A stretch of 59,270 nucleotides of DNA, counting the filler, from Sluysia triapertura (lineage: Eukaryota): assembly GCA_046118255.1 (NCBI GenBank). It is 4 parts of 4 records of this genome, joined end to end, with 100 filler letters (N's around TTAATTAATTAA, not from the genome) between each part and the next. Parts side by side here need not be neighbours in the genome. Positions count along the whole stretch, not along the records: positions 1 to 23,956 come from JBJNIA010199597.1; 3 more parts are not named here. The stretch is one strand, 5' to 3'. Shown one piece after another: positions 1-12,719 of the stretch. How positions within the stretch are numbered: position 1 is the first letter of the stretch; the number at the start of each line of letters is the position of its first letter. A model generated the notes under the pieces. It did not search any database, had not been told where the DNA came from, and saw only the letters and a list, made by a program, of their open reading frames with translations. The position numbers and the translations under genes are program-made.

Positions 1-150
1 TGCTGGAAGATTATGAAATATTTAAGAAAAAAGCAAAGTTCTTTCTGTTTCAGAAATACTATGGTGAATGATTTACCTTAAGCGCTTTTGAGTACTTTCG
101 TGGTAGATATGAGCGCAATATAAATTACTATATTATATTATATTATTATA
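1..150 (+). mobile_element. 3' end of an L2-like non-LTR retrotransposon (ORF2 C-terminus, 3' UTR, TTA-rich tail)
   Basis: Reads LEDYEIFKKKAKFFLFQKYYGE* (TGA at 69-71), like the L2/CR1 C-terminal pattern N.LP..IK......FK..LK..LF. Followed by AAGCGCTTTTGAG...GAGCGCAATATAAAT, resembling L2 3' tails, and a TATTA-rich tail. Six more copies in the window. Confidence 0.65.
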
Positions 151-1627
151 ATTAAGTTAATTAAGATTTTAATTAATTAATTAATTACTTTAACATTATT
201 TCATTTTATGTTTAAATTTTTACTATGATATAGAGTTGTTAGATATTTATAAAGCACTCAGTGATTCCAGATGTTTTCACATTCATCACTTTGATTCCTT
301 TTTCTATTTCTTATGTTAATTATTAATGTATCAAATTTATCTTAAATATTATTAACCACGATTTTAATTTTTGAACATTTTAAAGGTTCCAAACATTTTA
401 CACAGTTACTAAGTCTCAAAAGTTCCAAAAGATCAACAAGGTCTCTAATGATCCTGAGGTTCAGAAGTTCAAAGGTATCTTCATATTTTAAAACATCTTT
501 CCAAACCATTCTTAAGCTTTCTTAAGTCTTAATACTCGACAAAGATCTTTGGAACTCCATAGTATTCTTCAGTTTCAAAATGACTGTAAACATTTTCTTC
601 TTCGTTATTATTTCTCTAATAACATTTAATTGTGCTTAAATTATATTTCACACATTTTATATCACTTTTTTTCATATATTTTAAATTTCCTAACTTTTTA
701 AAACACTTTCTATTCACTAACTTGGCAATCCAAACAGTATTTTTAATATTAATTTTACATTTTAAATATTTTTGCTCTCACCTTTTTATATTACGACTAC
801 AACACTCTTCTTTATACATCATATTTTAATAAGCCCAACACATTCATTTAGTCTGCACTTGCTAATATTCGTTTCTTAATTTCTACGTTAATGAAGTCAA
901 ACTTTTTTCATTCCAACTGTGATTCCGCTTGATTTGCAATTTTTCCCTGTTATTTAAGTTTGGTAAGTTCCACGCTATTTCTTACAATTAACTTTTGTAT
1001 TATTTTATTTACTTCTTAAGTAAAGAAGTTGGTGATATTTTTTATTGCTCTCAGAACTTTTATTTTCAAGTTATCAAAATTATTAGGATATTTTAATTTT
1101 ATTACATTAAGTTACATTTTAAATCATAAAATTTATTCTTAGAATATTATTTATAAAAACATTTTTAATATGGTTATTAATTATTATAATGTAATTTGTT
1201 TCTAAATGCAAAATAATAATTTCTCTTCTGCAGTAATATTTTATTTTTGTTTTCAAAAACAAAATTACAATTTTTCACATTGTTGCAAAGTCTTTTGTTG
1301 TGGTAGGTTGAATAGTTTGTAGTTGATTATTAAAATTATTAATGATTCTAAATTGAAAATAGGCTATGCAATAAGTAAATTATTATAAAATATTTCTATT
1401 TAAATCTTTTTAAATCTATTTAAAGATTTCTATAATATTAATTGATGTTAAAATTATTAAATAAAAATGAAATAATATTGAAAGTGCTATAAATATTTTT
1501 AATTTCGTATACTTTAGAGCAAAATATGTTAATATCTAAAGTGATCATTAAATAAATGTTTTAATGCGTTAGTTTAATTAATCACATGTTTTAAAGTTTT
1601 CGAAATTGGCATATTTATTTTAAAATT

Positions 1628-2168
1628 ATGCATTTCACAATTCCTTACGTTAATGAAGTTGAAAGCAATGATGGCAAAAAGATTCACGTAACTATTTGAC
1701 TAAAAATTAATCTAAATTTATTTTAAGATGTACAAAATTTATATTAATGGAGCTCATCACTGCTCAGCTAGATATAGTAAATTTTATGCTTTAAATGAAG
1801 AACTTAAATCCCTTTTTGATGCTCAAGATTTGCCGTACTTTCCGCGTAAAATTTTCCTTAAAATGTCTGATTCTCAAATTGAAAAACGTCGTTCTGATTT
1901 AGAATTTTATATTCAAAAAAGTACCACTTTATTATATAATTTATTTTGTAATTTAGTTGCTTCATCGAACAAAATAAATATACCAGTATTTCATAATTTT
2001 TTAAAAAATTGCCAAAAAGTAACTAATGCTAAGTAAAATAAATTGATTATATTTAAGGAAACATTTTCTTTAGCTTCTGAACCGCTGCGAATACCGATTT
2101 ATTTTCTAAATGGACAGAAATTTGAGATTAGTATTAATTCTACAGATAATACAAAAGTTGTTTTAGAT
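1628..2168 (+). CDS. SNX17: Sorting nexin 17-like, 5' exons (PX domain and start of FERM-like F1 lobe); 3' part not found intact
   Basis: Exons 1628-1687, 1728-1920, 1957-2018 and 2058-2168, with GT-AG introns of 40, 36 and 39 nt, splice in frame. Product MHFTIPYV...YKIYINGAHHCSARYS...LPYFPRK...IEKRRSDLEFYIQ...FHNFLKNCQKET...FLNGQKFEISINSTDNTKVVLD matches SNX17 MHFSIP...YNIHVNGVLHCRVRYS...LPAFPPK...VEQRREQLEKYMQ...FNSFLRRAQQET...LSNGQKV. Confidence 0.88.
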
Positions 2169-3356
2169 GTTGGTTAATTAATTTTTACTATTTTCGTAAT
2201 TGTAAATTAAAGAATTCGTAAAATACTATATATATAAATAATCGAAGAAATGATAAACACTTTTACGATATGTGAAACATTGCATTACATTATGTCGTAC
2301 TTTGCATTTTTATTTGGTTACTTCATTACTATTTTATAAGTTTTCTAACAATGTATTAATCTAATGCTATTACCAAAATGGTACCAAAAAACTTAATCTA
2401 TACTAATATTAGTTTAACTTAATTTAGATTATGTAAAAGATAAAAATTGCTTTAAAACGTTTATTTTCAAAAAAAACAATTAAATAATATTTAAAAATCC
2501 AAATCAAATGCTTCAAATACGTTAACAATGTTTTCAACAACTCATCTCTACTTTTTTTGCTAAATAATGTATGCTACTATTTGGATGCGATATATTAACT
2601 TAGATTTTGACTATTGATGATTATTGCGTTTATAATTGCAATGTTTCAATCGATATGCTTTTTTGATTTATATTATATAGTTTTTTTATAAGAGTCATTA
2701 TTTATTCTTATGTCATTTATGGTGAATCTAAAACGAATTTCGAGAATTAACTTTGCGCACAAATTATTCATTCATTGTATATTTTTGTGCAATAAAATTT
2801 TTTATTGTCTAAAATTAAAAACTAACAAAAGATCAACCTACTTTTTGGATATCTTAGATATATCTTTTAAAGTTAAATGAAAACCATTTTCATTGTATTG
2901 GTTTAAAGATTATTTATTTTATTTATCATTATTATTATTTATTAGTCATCAATTAAATGTGTTATTTTTCAAAATAAGGTTTAAATACAAAATGTTCACA
3001 TAAATATAAAAGCTTATTTATTACTTGAAGTCGTACGGAAAACTTATTACTTTTAATTATTGTAATATATTCATTATATTACAAATAGTTTTACTAAATA
3101 GTTTTAATTGTAAGGGATTCGATACATGACTTTTATTTCGTACCGGGTTTAGTTTAAGAATCAAACTAATTTATACCTAATCTTGAGGCAGCTAGTTCGT
3201 ATTTGTCTCTATTGGTAAAGATGGCAGTGAACCTATATTAGAAATTCTTCATAAATTATTTCATAAAGTCATTAAGGTCTTATTCTAGATCAATAAAAAA
3301 TGAATAACAATGATACAATAAAAACAAACTACATATAATCATCACTATTATTATTA

Positions 3357-3722
3357 CCCTAAAATCTTGTACATAAGCCGTGTCTTACACAAATAAAACA
3401 ATATAAAAATCAAAGAAAATTATGGTGCGGCTTATACTCGAGTAGTTGAAAATAAGAAATAAAACTTTATTCAAAACCTTTAAAACTTCATTTATCCCAT
3501 AATGTTTAACTGTTTCTCTCTTTCCATTGATCTCTACATATTATATTATTTCCAATTTTTCTTTGTTGTATGAGTTTCTTTAAGTCATTATTATTAAAAC
3601 AAGAGCTAAAATAAAATTTTTTTATTAAAATTGAAATGAGTCTTATCGAAATAAAAAAGTAGAAATTTTGAAAAGTCAATACGGCTTATACATTATTGCG
3701 GCTTATGTACAAGTTTTTAGGG
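3357..3722. mobile_element. pogo/Tc1-mariner-type MITE
   Basis: TIRs CCCTAAAATCTTGTACATAAGCCG and CGGCTTATGTACAAGTTTTTAGGG (1 mismatch), with TA on both sides. Internal CGGCTTATA repeats are shared with the element at 54687-55400. Confidence 0.8.
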
Positions 3723-3766
3723 TATTATTATTATTATCATTATTATTATTATTATTATTATTATTA
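3723..3766. repeat. (TTA)n microsatellite
   Basis: Direct reading. Confidence 0.9.
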
Positions 3767-4084
3767 AATAAGCTAGTATTAAGACTAGTAATAATTAAAA
3801 CAAAACCAAATGAACATGAATAATCGATGTTGAATTTGATAATTACAGACATTAAGTTGTACATATTTTGTTTATTTTCCGTATTAAATTCATGGCAATT
3901 AACACTGGAAATACCAACATTAATTACCTATTTCTACCAAAAATGACCGGTGTGATATTTAGTTGACGAAATATAAAAATTCAAAGAACAGTTTTAAAGA
4001 AAATAAAATAAGTTTCATTCTAATTTTGCAGTTATATGATATATGCATGTATTTGCATAAAGAGTAATATTTTATTTTTTTTAG

Positions 4085-4900
4085 GGTTAATTGTTATTTT
4101 GGAGTAACACAATTTTTATATGTAGAGATTGTTTTCAATATGCATTTACCACAAATATGTTTTTTACAACCAGCACATGTATTCCTAGTTTTATTACAAA
4201 AACCTCTATGATAAGTTTTTCGTTTATTAGAACTCTAGTGCTCTTCAAGAGGTCATTAAAGTTTTCCAGTTGAGGTGGATCTTTATGATCTGTGAAAAGT
4301 TCTTTTGCTAATTGAAACAAAAATATTTTCTCGACATATTTTCGTCAGTTTTGTTGTATAAAACCCATGCATTTATTGTCGCTAAAATACTTGAAGAGGC
4401 TATCTTCTGGATCCTGACTTCATTCTACATTTTCTGGCCATTCTGAATTTGGTTTTATTGTAAAATATGATAATTTCAGGCAATTTTTTTGTCTTGCAAT
4501 GCTAACTGAATTATGTTTCGGACTCAGTAAAGGTACTTTGTTAATTGGCTTACTTTTATATAGAGTCAAAGTGCAATTATCAGTTTTATAAATTTCGGAT
4601 GAAAATCGAAATTTTCTTTGTTTAGCTGGTTTCGGCCATTTTATCCGTTCATTTTTTTTATCCAAGCGGATGTATTTTAAAATACCCGTAAACTCTTTTC
4701 TATTCATAGGTTTTAGACCATAAATAAGAAAATTTCAAATTCTTAGCCTCACACGCACCACGTGTATATACAATTGCAAGAAAAGCGTAAAACTTATCTT
4801 GATATAGATTCCACTTTTCAACAGGAATTCTTTTTTCTTTATTTCATTGTACTTCAACTTGAAAACAGACTCTCCTGATTCAGTACAATATTTTTTGCAA
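4085..4900 (-). mobile_element. Decayed piggyBac (PGBD4-like) transposase relic
   Basis: Minus-strand fragments FYAFLAIVYTRGACEAKNLKFSYLWSK, ILKYIRLDKKNER, FSSEIYKTDNCTLTLYKSKP.NKV.LLS.KH, FYNKTKF.MARK...KSGSRR*PLQVF, INAWVLY and FQLAKEL, with stops, frameshifts and large deletions. TAGGGTTAA end near 4082-4090. Confidence 0.85.
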
Positions 4901-5509
4901 GTGTTCAATGGTTAATATTTCTCATGATATAATTTATGTTCTAGTTGTATTAGTTCACAACATAATACATGATTTTTAGTTAGATTCAAATTATTATATT
5001 ACAGACAATCAAATTTTATTCATTCAAATTGCATGCAATCACATTTTTTCAATATTTTATTCATTTAATCGACCATATTCCATACATAAATTTTTAGATT
5101 TATCTTATTATTTTTTGCAAGATTATACACATTAACGATGTATGCTTTTTCGTACATATTAAATTTTGATGATAATTTATGATTAACAATAATTTCATAA
5201 TATTATTCATTTTTAGATTGTGGCTTGAAATTTTGTACTATAATCTCAATTTGAAATGATTTTGTTTATATAATCATCAAATATTAATGTTTATAAATTT
5301 AGATATCATGCTTTTTCTATATAACCTCAATTTAAAATGATTTTATTTTCATTTTTTTCAAACATTTGATCATTAGAACATTCGAGCATGGTCAAACATT
5401 TTTCAATCATGTCAGTGATTCGACTTTTTATTTTCGGAGCTTTTTCATGCAGAATCCAGATCTTTAAACCTTTTTGATCATTTTATTTTTATTTCTAGGT
5501 TGTTGCTGA

Positions 5510-5510
<1 letters not shown>

Positions 5511-5558
<48 letters not shown>

Positions 5559-5586
5559 GTTGTTGTTGTTGTTGTTGTTGTTATTT
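5511..5586. repeat. Compound (ATT)n(GTT)n microsatellite
   Basis: Direct reading. Confidence 0.9.
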
Positions 5587-6771
5587 TACTTCACCGTCTT
5601 ATTAATATCATTATAATCATTATTAATTGTTATTATTAATTATTATACACATTACTGATTACCATTTTCATTATCATCTTATCGTCATTTTTGGTGTTTC
5701 TGTGTGCTGAATTACTTCAGACAATTGTACAACTGTCAATAATGACAATCTTGTTTTGTCCATCACACTAATTAAAAATACATTTGCTAAAATAACTATA
5801 TTGTCTTGTTGGCCATCAAATGCATTCATTTTTTAAAGCACCACATTGGTAATTAATCTTGTAATAAATTTAATTTAAAAAGATTTATAATTTTCGAGTA
5901 CTGTTTGAATTACTCAAATTTTGATAAACAATGTTAACTATGTCAGGAAAGTCCGGCAAGTTTTTCCACAATGTTAAAGAAACAGATTTGGAATCGACGA
6001 AAAGCTTTAATGGTTTAACTGATTTTGGGGGTGTTAATGTTTGGCCGAGTTTTGAAATGAGTTTGTTACCTATACTGAATTTTAAGAATGTAGTTTTATT
6101 AAAGGTTGTACGTTTATTAAATATAAATTCGACTTTTGACATCGTAGAAACAGAAATTCTTAAGACTGAACAATTATTATTGACTCTATTGTTAAATAAT
6201 TTGAAAGATATTTGATTATTTATATTATTGTTTATACTTTTGATCTTTGAGAACGATATCTTATCTTTATTTATACGAAAATCAAAAACTTTACGATAGA
6301 CAAAAAATGGATTTTATTAAGTATATTATAATACATTTCAAAATTTCATGTAATCCTAAACTTATGATCATTGTACTTTGTGAATCCATATTTCATGTTT
6401 GCAGTCTGAAAAATATAACACAGTAAAATTATTATTTATATAGAAACGATCAAAATTTACCGGACGTCTTATAAAAGCATGAGTTTTGGTGTATCTGCTT
6501 GCCACTATTAAAGTATAACTAAATCGCAACATCATCCACAGTCCATGACATAACGAGTATAGTCGTCGAATAAGGTGATAATCTTGCCATATTCGCCATT
6601 GATCTAAACCTGATGTAGTAATCATTTTAATTAATTGTCTTAATATATCACGGCATTCGACATGCAAAAGTAGCCAAAATGTAATCAGACGATCTTCATC
6701 TATACCGCTAGTACTACAATATGAATACTTTACATCTACCAATTTGTATAAGATACGAATAATTATAATAG

Positions 6772-6825
<54 letters not shown>

Positions 6826-6846
6826 TTGTTATTATTATTAATAATA
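6772..6846. repeat. (AAT)n microsatellite
   Basis: Direct reading. It produces the poly-Leu run in ORF 6368..6871. Confidence 0.9.
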
Positions 6847-6894
6847 AAAAAGAAAATTTAAAACGATGCATGAATTTTCCTTTATAAATAAAAT

Positions 6895-7925
6895 GATACG
6901 ATCTTTCTTTATCTAAATCTTCTTTCTCAACATATGAAAATAAAAATTGATAAAATTGAACGAAATATCGACGATAATAGGGTGCACTATGCTCGAGTTA
7001 TCATTGTTATTTCGTTGTATAAAATTGAATTCTTTAAAACTGCATTTGATTTTTCTTAAATTCTTGAAGGATTTTAACATGTTGAAATAAATTAAAATGT
7101 ATTTGAAACTAAATTTCTGAATAAGGATTATTTTGAAAGAATTGATAAGTATAATTAACCTTTGAAGATATAATAAATGATTTGAGTCGAAAAATGAAAT
7201 AGAGAATGTTAGAATAAGTTCTTAAATATTGATTGAAATCCACAATTGAAAACAAGGTTCAAGCATTGAAAGATTGTAGATAGAAGGCTTGTTGGGAAGA
7301 CTACAATCTGATAAATCTAAAAGGGAAACTACAATACAAATCTTGGTATATTTAAGGTGTTATTATACAATGTTTTGTGTGATTTGTTTATTTGATGTTT
7401 TTGGTGTTGTTGTAATGTGTTGTTGATGATTATGCATAGATGAATAGTGAATTTGAAATGTTGTAATTGATTCGAAAATGTGAAGAAGGTATTTTATATG
7501 TTCCAAGTAGATTTGCAGTTGCTGTCTAATGGTATTAAATGTAATTGTGGTTTATGTGTTATAAGTTTGTGTCTGTGATTTAGTTTAAGCAAATAAACTA
7601 TTGAATAAATATTATTAAATATTAAGTATTAATTGTTAAAGTGTAATGTGAATGAAGGGTTCGAAAGTGTTGAATAGATTATTTCGAATGTGTTTGTTGT
7701 TGGCTTATTGTGAATTTCGAGAACATGTTTTTGGTGGATTAGTTAATGTAAATTGGTAATGTTGGGTGTAATTGTGATTTGGATGTTGTGGAATTGTTGA
7801 TATGGATTGATTTTAAAAAGTATTTAAGAGATGAATATATGGTTGTTAAAGTATGATAAAAGGGAAGAAACGAAATTAATTTTTAATAAAATTTTAGTGG
7901 TTGTAAAGGTTGGCCACTACATTAA
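6895..7925 (-). repeat. Unclassified strand-skewed interspersed repeat, copy 1
   Basis: Collinear similarity to 14727-15665, e.g. TAACATGTTGAAAT, ACTAAATTTCTGA, GAATGTTAGAATAAGTTCTT, GATGATTATGCAT.GATGAATAGTG, AATAAACTATTGA.TAAATATTATTAAATAT. G/T-rich on +. Hairpin at 6959-7016 and end motif at 7909-7925. Orientation is inferred. Confidence 0.8.
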
Positions 7926-10669
7926 TGTGCGAGAATCGCAATTTGTTATCGTATATTTATGCTATTTGAAATTTAACCTTCGTTCTAATTTCGATTTCAT
8001 ATATTTAAACAAATCTAAATTTAAAAACTACAATATTAGATGTTTATTAATATTCAATCACAATCTTTTAATATTTAATTTATCCGTAATAAATGAATAT
8101 TAATTAATTAAATATATGCAGATATATAAAAGAATAACATAAATATTAATAATTCAAATAATTTTCACGATCGCATGATGTTGTTATTGTATAATGATGA
8201 ATGACTTTTGACATTTATATAAATTTGTGATATTCGTGTATTTTTGAAACCCTCCATTATTATTTGAAAATATAAAATTACTATATTTAGGGAATTCGAG
8301 TAATTACTAGAAATCATATTGTTGATATTTTTATTATTTTTTGAGGATTTCTATTTATTCTTTAAGATTGCAATATACATTTTTTTGGAATTCCCTTTTT
8401 ATTTTAATTTGTAATAGTCATAAAAAAGCAAATAAATAAATTTAAGATTTAGCAAATTATAGTTGCGTTAACCCTGGTTTATTGATCAAATAATTTTTGT
8501 GACTTTATTTTTTTACTTTAGTTATTCGTAGTTAATTTATTGATATTATTATTGTGTAAGAATAAACTAATAACAAATTGTATTTAATTTCGTATTTAGT
8601 AAATTACTGTTAGTCTTATTAATTTGGATTTCGAAGATATAATAGTTTAATTGAATAAATGTCACAGTAAAAATTATATGATTTAAAATAACGTATATTT
8701 GATTTTGTTATAACTGAATTTATTGAAGCTCTATTTATGATATTAAAGACGCAACAATTGTATTTAACCCATTAAAGAATAGAAAAAATTTGTTATTATG
8801 TTAGTATTTCCTTCCTTTTTATTTTTGAAATTATTATTGTATTACTATTATCATTATCATTAAATATTATTGTACCGCATTTTTATTATTATTATTTACA
8901 ATTATTAATATAATATTGTAAATCAATAAGCCAATCAATGGTCCGTACTAAAACTTTAAAATCACAATGTCAGTAGCCTAACGCAATATAAATCATGCTA
9001 TCAAAATATGCACATTCATAAAGTGTTAGAATGTAACCATATTACGGCCCTCATTAATTTTTTAAATTATTTCATAATTTTCTAATGATCTGCACTTTTT
9101 GGTAACTGGTTGTATATTTTATGTGAACGAACGTAAGAGTAACTTTTAAACTTAAGTGCGAATTAAATCAAGACTTATAATCAAATATTTTTCACTTACT
9201 TTATGTAAATGCTTATTTGGTCCCAGTTCGGGCATCATTAATTTTATTTCTGCTATAAAAATTGGATTTTACGTTTGGGTTCATCTACACTTTTATATTC
9301 CTACAAAAGACGTACCTATAGGATTTAAATATTTAATCCGTAACTCTTTGTAATAATGTTTATCTTAAGGATGCTTTAAGAATAAATTAAAATCTCTAAA
9401 TAACTATATCTATTAGTTATTTACGAGTCTTTTTATGCTTCGATTACTAAAAATGAAAAGTATGTGAAGTCATATGTGAAGCTGCTCAGACGCAAAAACA
9501 GCAAAAATAAAAATTTTCAAATAAAAATTATTTATTTTGTTCTAGAACAATATTTTAACAAGAATAAAATTTAAAAACACATTCTTCTTGAATTTAGAAC
9601 GAAATTCATTATCCTTCTATAAGGTGAACTTCTTGAAAGTTGAAGCTGTCTCTCTGTCTATTTTTGGTGTAAAATGAAAGTTTCGCTTACCAAATTTAAA
9701 ATTTCGATTGGAGTTTGGCGCAAATGTTCCATTTTAACCTACTAGTAGAAATTGTACAGTAGAACTTCCATAAAATGACTATTAAATTTAATATTTTCTC
9801 TAACTTGATTATTTTTGTACAGAACAGAATGCGACTTATGTAAATGTATATTTCTATAACCCATATTTTTGCTTGTAAAATAAAATATGCTACCTTCTGT
9901 AAGTTGAAATTCAAATTTGAAATTTTCTCAATACTTATTTTAGCTGTAAAATGGAAATAATTCTTTATAATTATAATTAATTCTTTATAATTAGACCAAA
10001 TAGTAATAAATTACCCCTTCCCGGAACAATTCATAAAACCGCTTATTGACGTCATCTCTACTTCACGACAGTCGCAGTTAAAAGGTTAAACACAAAATGG
10101 AAACATAATTGTACAACTACAAAGCTTTGATAATAATAAATAAAAATATTATGGTGTTAAAATTAATCTATTGTAGAATAAAATAATGTTGGTTGTGACT
10201 TTGTAAATAGCTTAAGCCAGCTGAAAATGTTTAGTCGGATTACGTACATTATGAATTAGAAAATTATGGATTTTCCCCTTATTAAATTAGAATATTTGGA
10301 ATAGATTTGTCACCTCTTCTTTATCAAGACTGATAACCGAGTTATGCCACAATAATTAAAGAAAAACAGTTATACCCAAACTAGTTACACCAAATCAAAA
10401 TACTGATTGGAGCAAAAATATTATAATTATAATTATGATTTTTATAATTTATTTCTATTATTTATACATTTATTTATATATATTATTTATGCAGGGAAGG
10501 CTTTTTAATGTTTAAAATTTCATTATTAAGAAACATTTTTGCGAAGAAAATTTTTGATAAAGTGAATATTAACAATTTGGTAGGTTAACTTTAAAATAAA
10601 ATTCATAATATTAATTTTAATGAAACAGTTAACAATTAACTCAGGTTTAGGCCTTTAACAAGACTTACA

Positions 10670-10773
10670 AAATTTAATCCAAACAATATAACTAAATTTT
10701 AATCCAAACAATATAACTAAATTTTAATCCAAACAATATAACTAAATTTTAATCCAAACAATATAACTAAATT
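10670..10773. repeat. Tandem minisatellite, 25-bp unit AAATTTTAATCCAAACAATATAACT, about 4 copies
   Basis: Near-identical adjacent units with no spacers. Confidence 0.9.
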
Positions 10774-12169
10774 AACGAACGTTGTTATATTTAACGAAAA
10801 ACAACCAAAATAAAAGAATAAAATACATACATGATTGAGTCATTGGTAGCTGTACTTTCGTAATGAGTTGAAATAATAGAAGCAAACGTAAGAATCAGAA
10901 TATACGTAAATATGGAAAAAGTTGTTGGAAAGTGATGTTCAGAAATTTTGAAGTTAACTACATGTAAACTGAATATTACGAAAGTGCATACGTAATAAAC
11001 GTTAGTACTAGTTTAAATTTTGTGGATGTGTTTCAACGTCAGTGATACGTGAATTTTGACAGCTATTAATTACAAGTCGCAGAAATTTGAATGCAAAATA
11101 TATTATTGTGGTTTTCGTAATGAGTATAATTCATTAATTTGACTAGAAAATAACTTATTATAACTTGTTATTATAAAAATAGCGAAGATTTACGAATATC
11201 ATTAATTAATGCCATATTTCGTAATTATGCTAATGTTGATTTATTTTTACCAGCTTAATTATTAATTAATATTCATAAAATAATTTTCTAAATTTAACGA
11301 ATCTTCATTTAATTCATGTTATATCTTTCGTATAATAATGATTGTTAAATTCATTAAAATGATATAATTTTCCTTAAGTTCATCGTAGGTCTAAATATAT
11401 AATATTGTTGACGTGAGCACAAGTCCATTGAGCGTTAACACTTAGGCGACTGCTGATAGAACTGATAAAATTACTTTTAACATAAAACGTGAATATAAAT
11501 ACAAATATTTACATATTCAAACAATAGAACATAATTATTATATTATTCTATTCCAGCGCAGAACCTTGATAACAGCTTTTCCATTTTATTAAACAAAGTA
11601 TATTACGCATTTCGCCAAGACCTTCATATATATAGAAAATTAACTTATCTTTAAGATAACAGGCATCAGATGCGAGCGTGATAGTTAAATAATCCATGAA
11701 ACTATCTCGGGGTGAACTACATTTTTTCGTTTATTAACTCTACAAGTGCTACCAATACATAATTTCGCTGTAACACCGTAATTAAAAATCTTGATTCAAA
11801 ACCGTCCAGATACTGTTCTTAGATATATTATTCCGCAGTTGTTCATTCTGAATTCATGTTTTGTATTCTTAAATAACTTTCTGTTAAAGTGGACATTAGA
11901 AAAATTATAATTAATAATGATCAAAAGTAACATTAATACTAAACATATCAAGTCGTGACCCCTTAAATTTAATTTTTATATTTACAATGTACCAATAAAA
12001 CGATTTTATTGCATAGCATTAAGTTGGGGGTTAAATGACATGAGAAGATGGAAAGATTTATACATAGTAGGATAAGGATACATGTATACAAAAAAAATAA
12101 GTAATCAAACTTTATAACAATGATAATAGCAATAGTTACAACAGCAAGAGCTTTTATGATTTGTACAAC

Positions 12170-12430
12170 ATTATAATAAAAATTTAGTGTAATTATGATA
12201 ATAATTATTATAGTAACAATCAAAAGGTTACTATAAAAATAGTAGTTATTATTTTAATTATGATAATAATTATGATAACAATAATTGTAAGATTATGGTA
12301 CTTATAAATTATGATTGTGCTTATGTTTTGAATGTATCGAGTAACTTGTTTAGTATTTTATTTATGTATGAACTGTTGATTTGTGATGAAATGTGATTGT
12401 GATTGTGATGTGTAGATTTAGAATTCACTA
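12170..12430 (-). repeat. Short G/T-skewed repeat next to a degenerate AAT tract; related to 18720-18990 and, weakly, 16290-16480
   Basis: Core TTTTGAATG.ATC.AGTA..TT.TTTAGT.TT.T.T.T.TG...TGTGATGAA.TGT shared by 12326-12395 and 18896-18965. Confidence 0.55.
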
Positions 12431-12719
12431 CAATTTAAATCTACTATTTATGTTGTTTTATTTCAACATGCTTTGTTTCACAAATTTAAACATTTATTTT
12501 ATCAAAACATAATTTACGTTACAAAATAAAATAATCAGAGAATATTTTAAATATTTTATTTTAATAATAGCTTAATTAATTATTTAAAAATTAACATCTG
12601 GTTTAACAAATATTTTTTATCAAGAATAGAATTCAAAATCATGAGAATAATTTACAAATGCTTACAATACAGAATATCTAATTAGAAATAATTAATATCT
12701 CTTAGAAATAATAAAAAAT

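Noticed and set aside
6368-6871. 167-aa ORF with a poly-Leu signal or TM segment
   Set aside because: The poly-Leu is the (AAT)n microsatellite read in reverse; the remainder is not recognisable.
7000-7900. NUMT, suggested by the G/T skew
   Set aside because: No mitochondrial protein, rRNA or tRNA motif recognised.
10670-10773. CRISPR-like array
   Set aside because: Units are contiguous with no spacers, there are no cas genes, and the context is eukaryotic.
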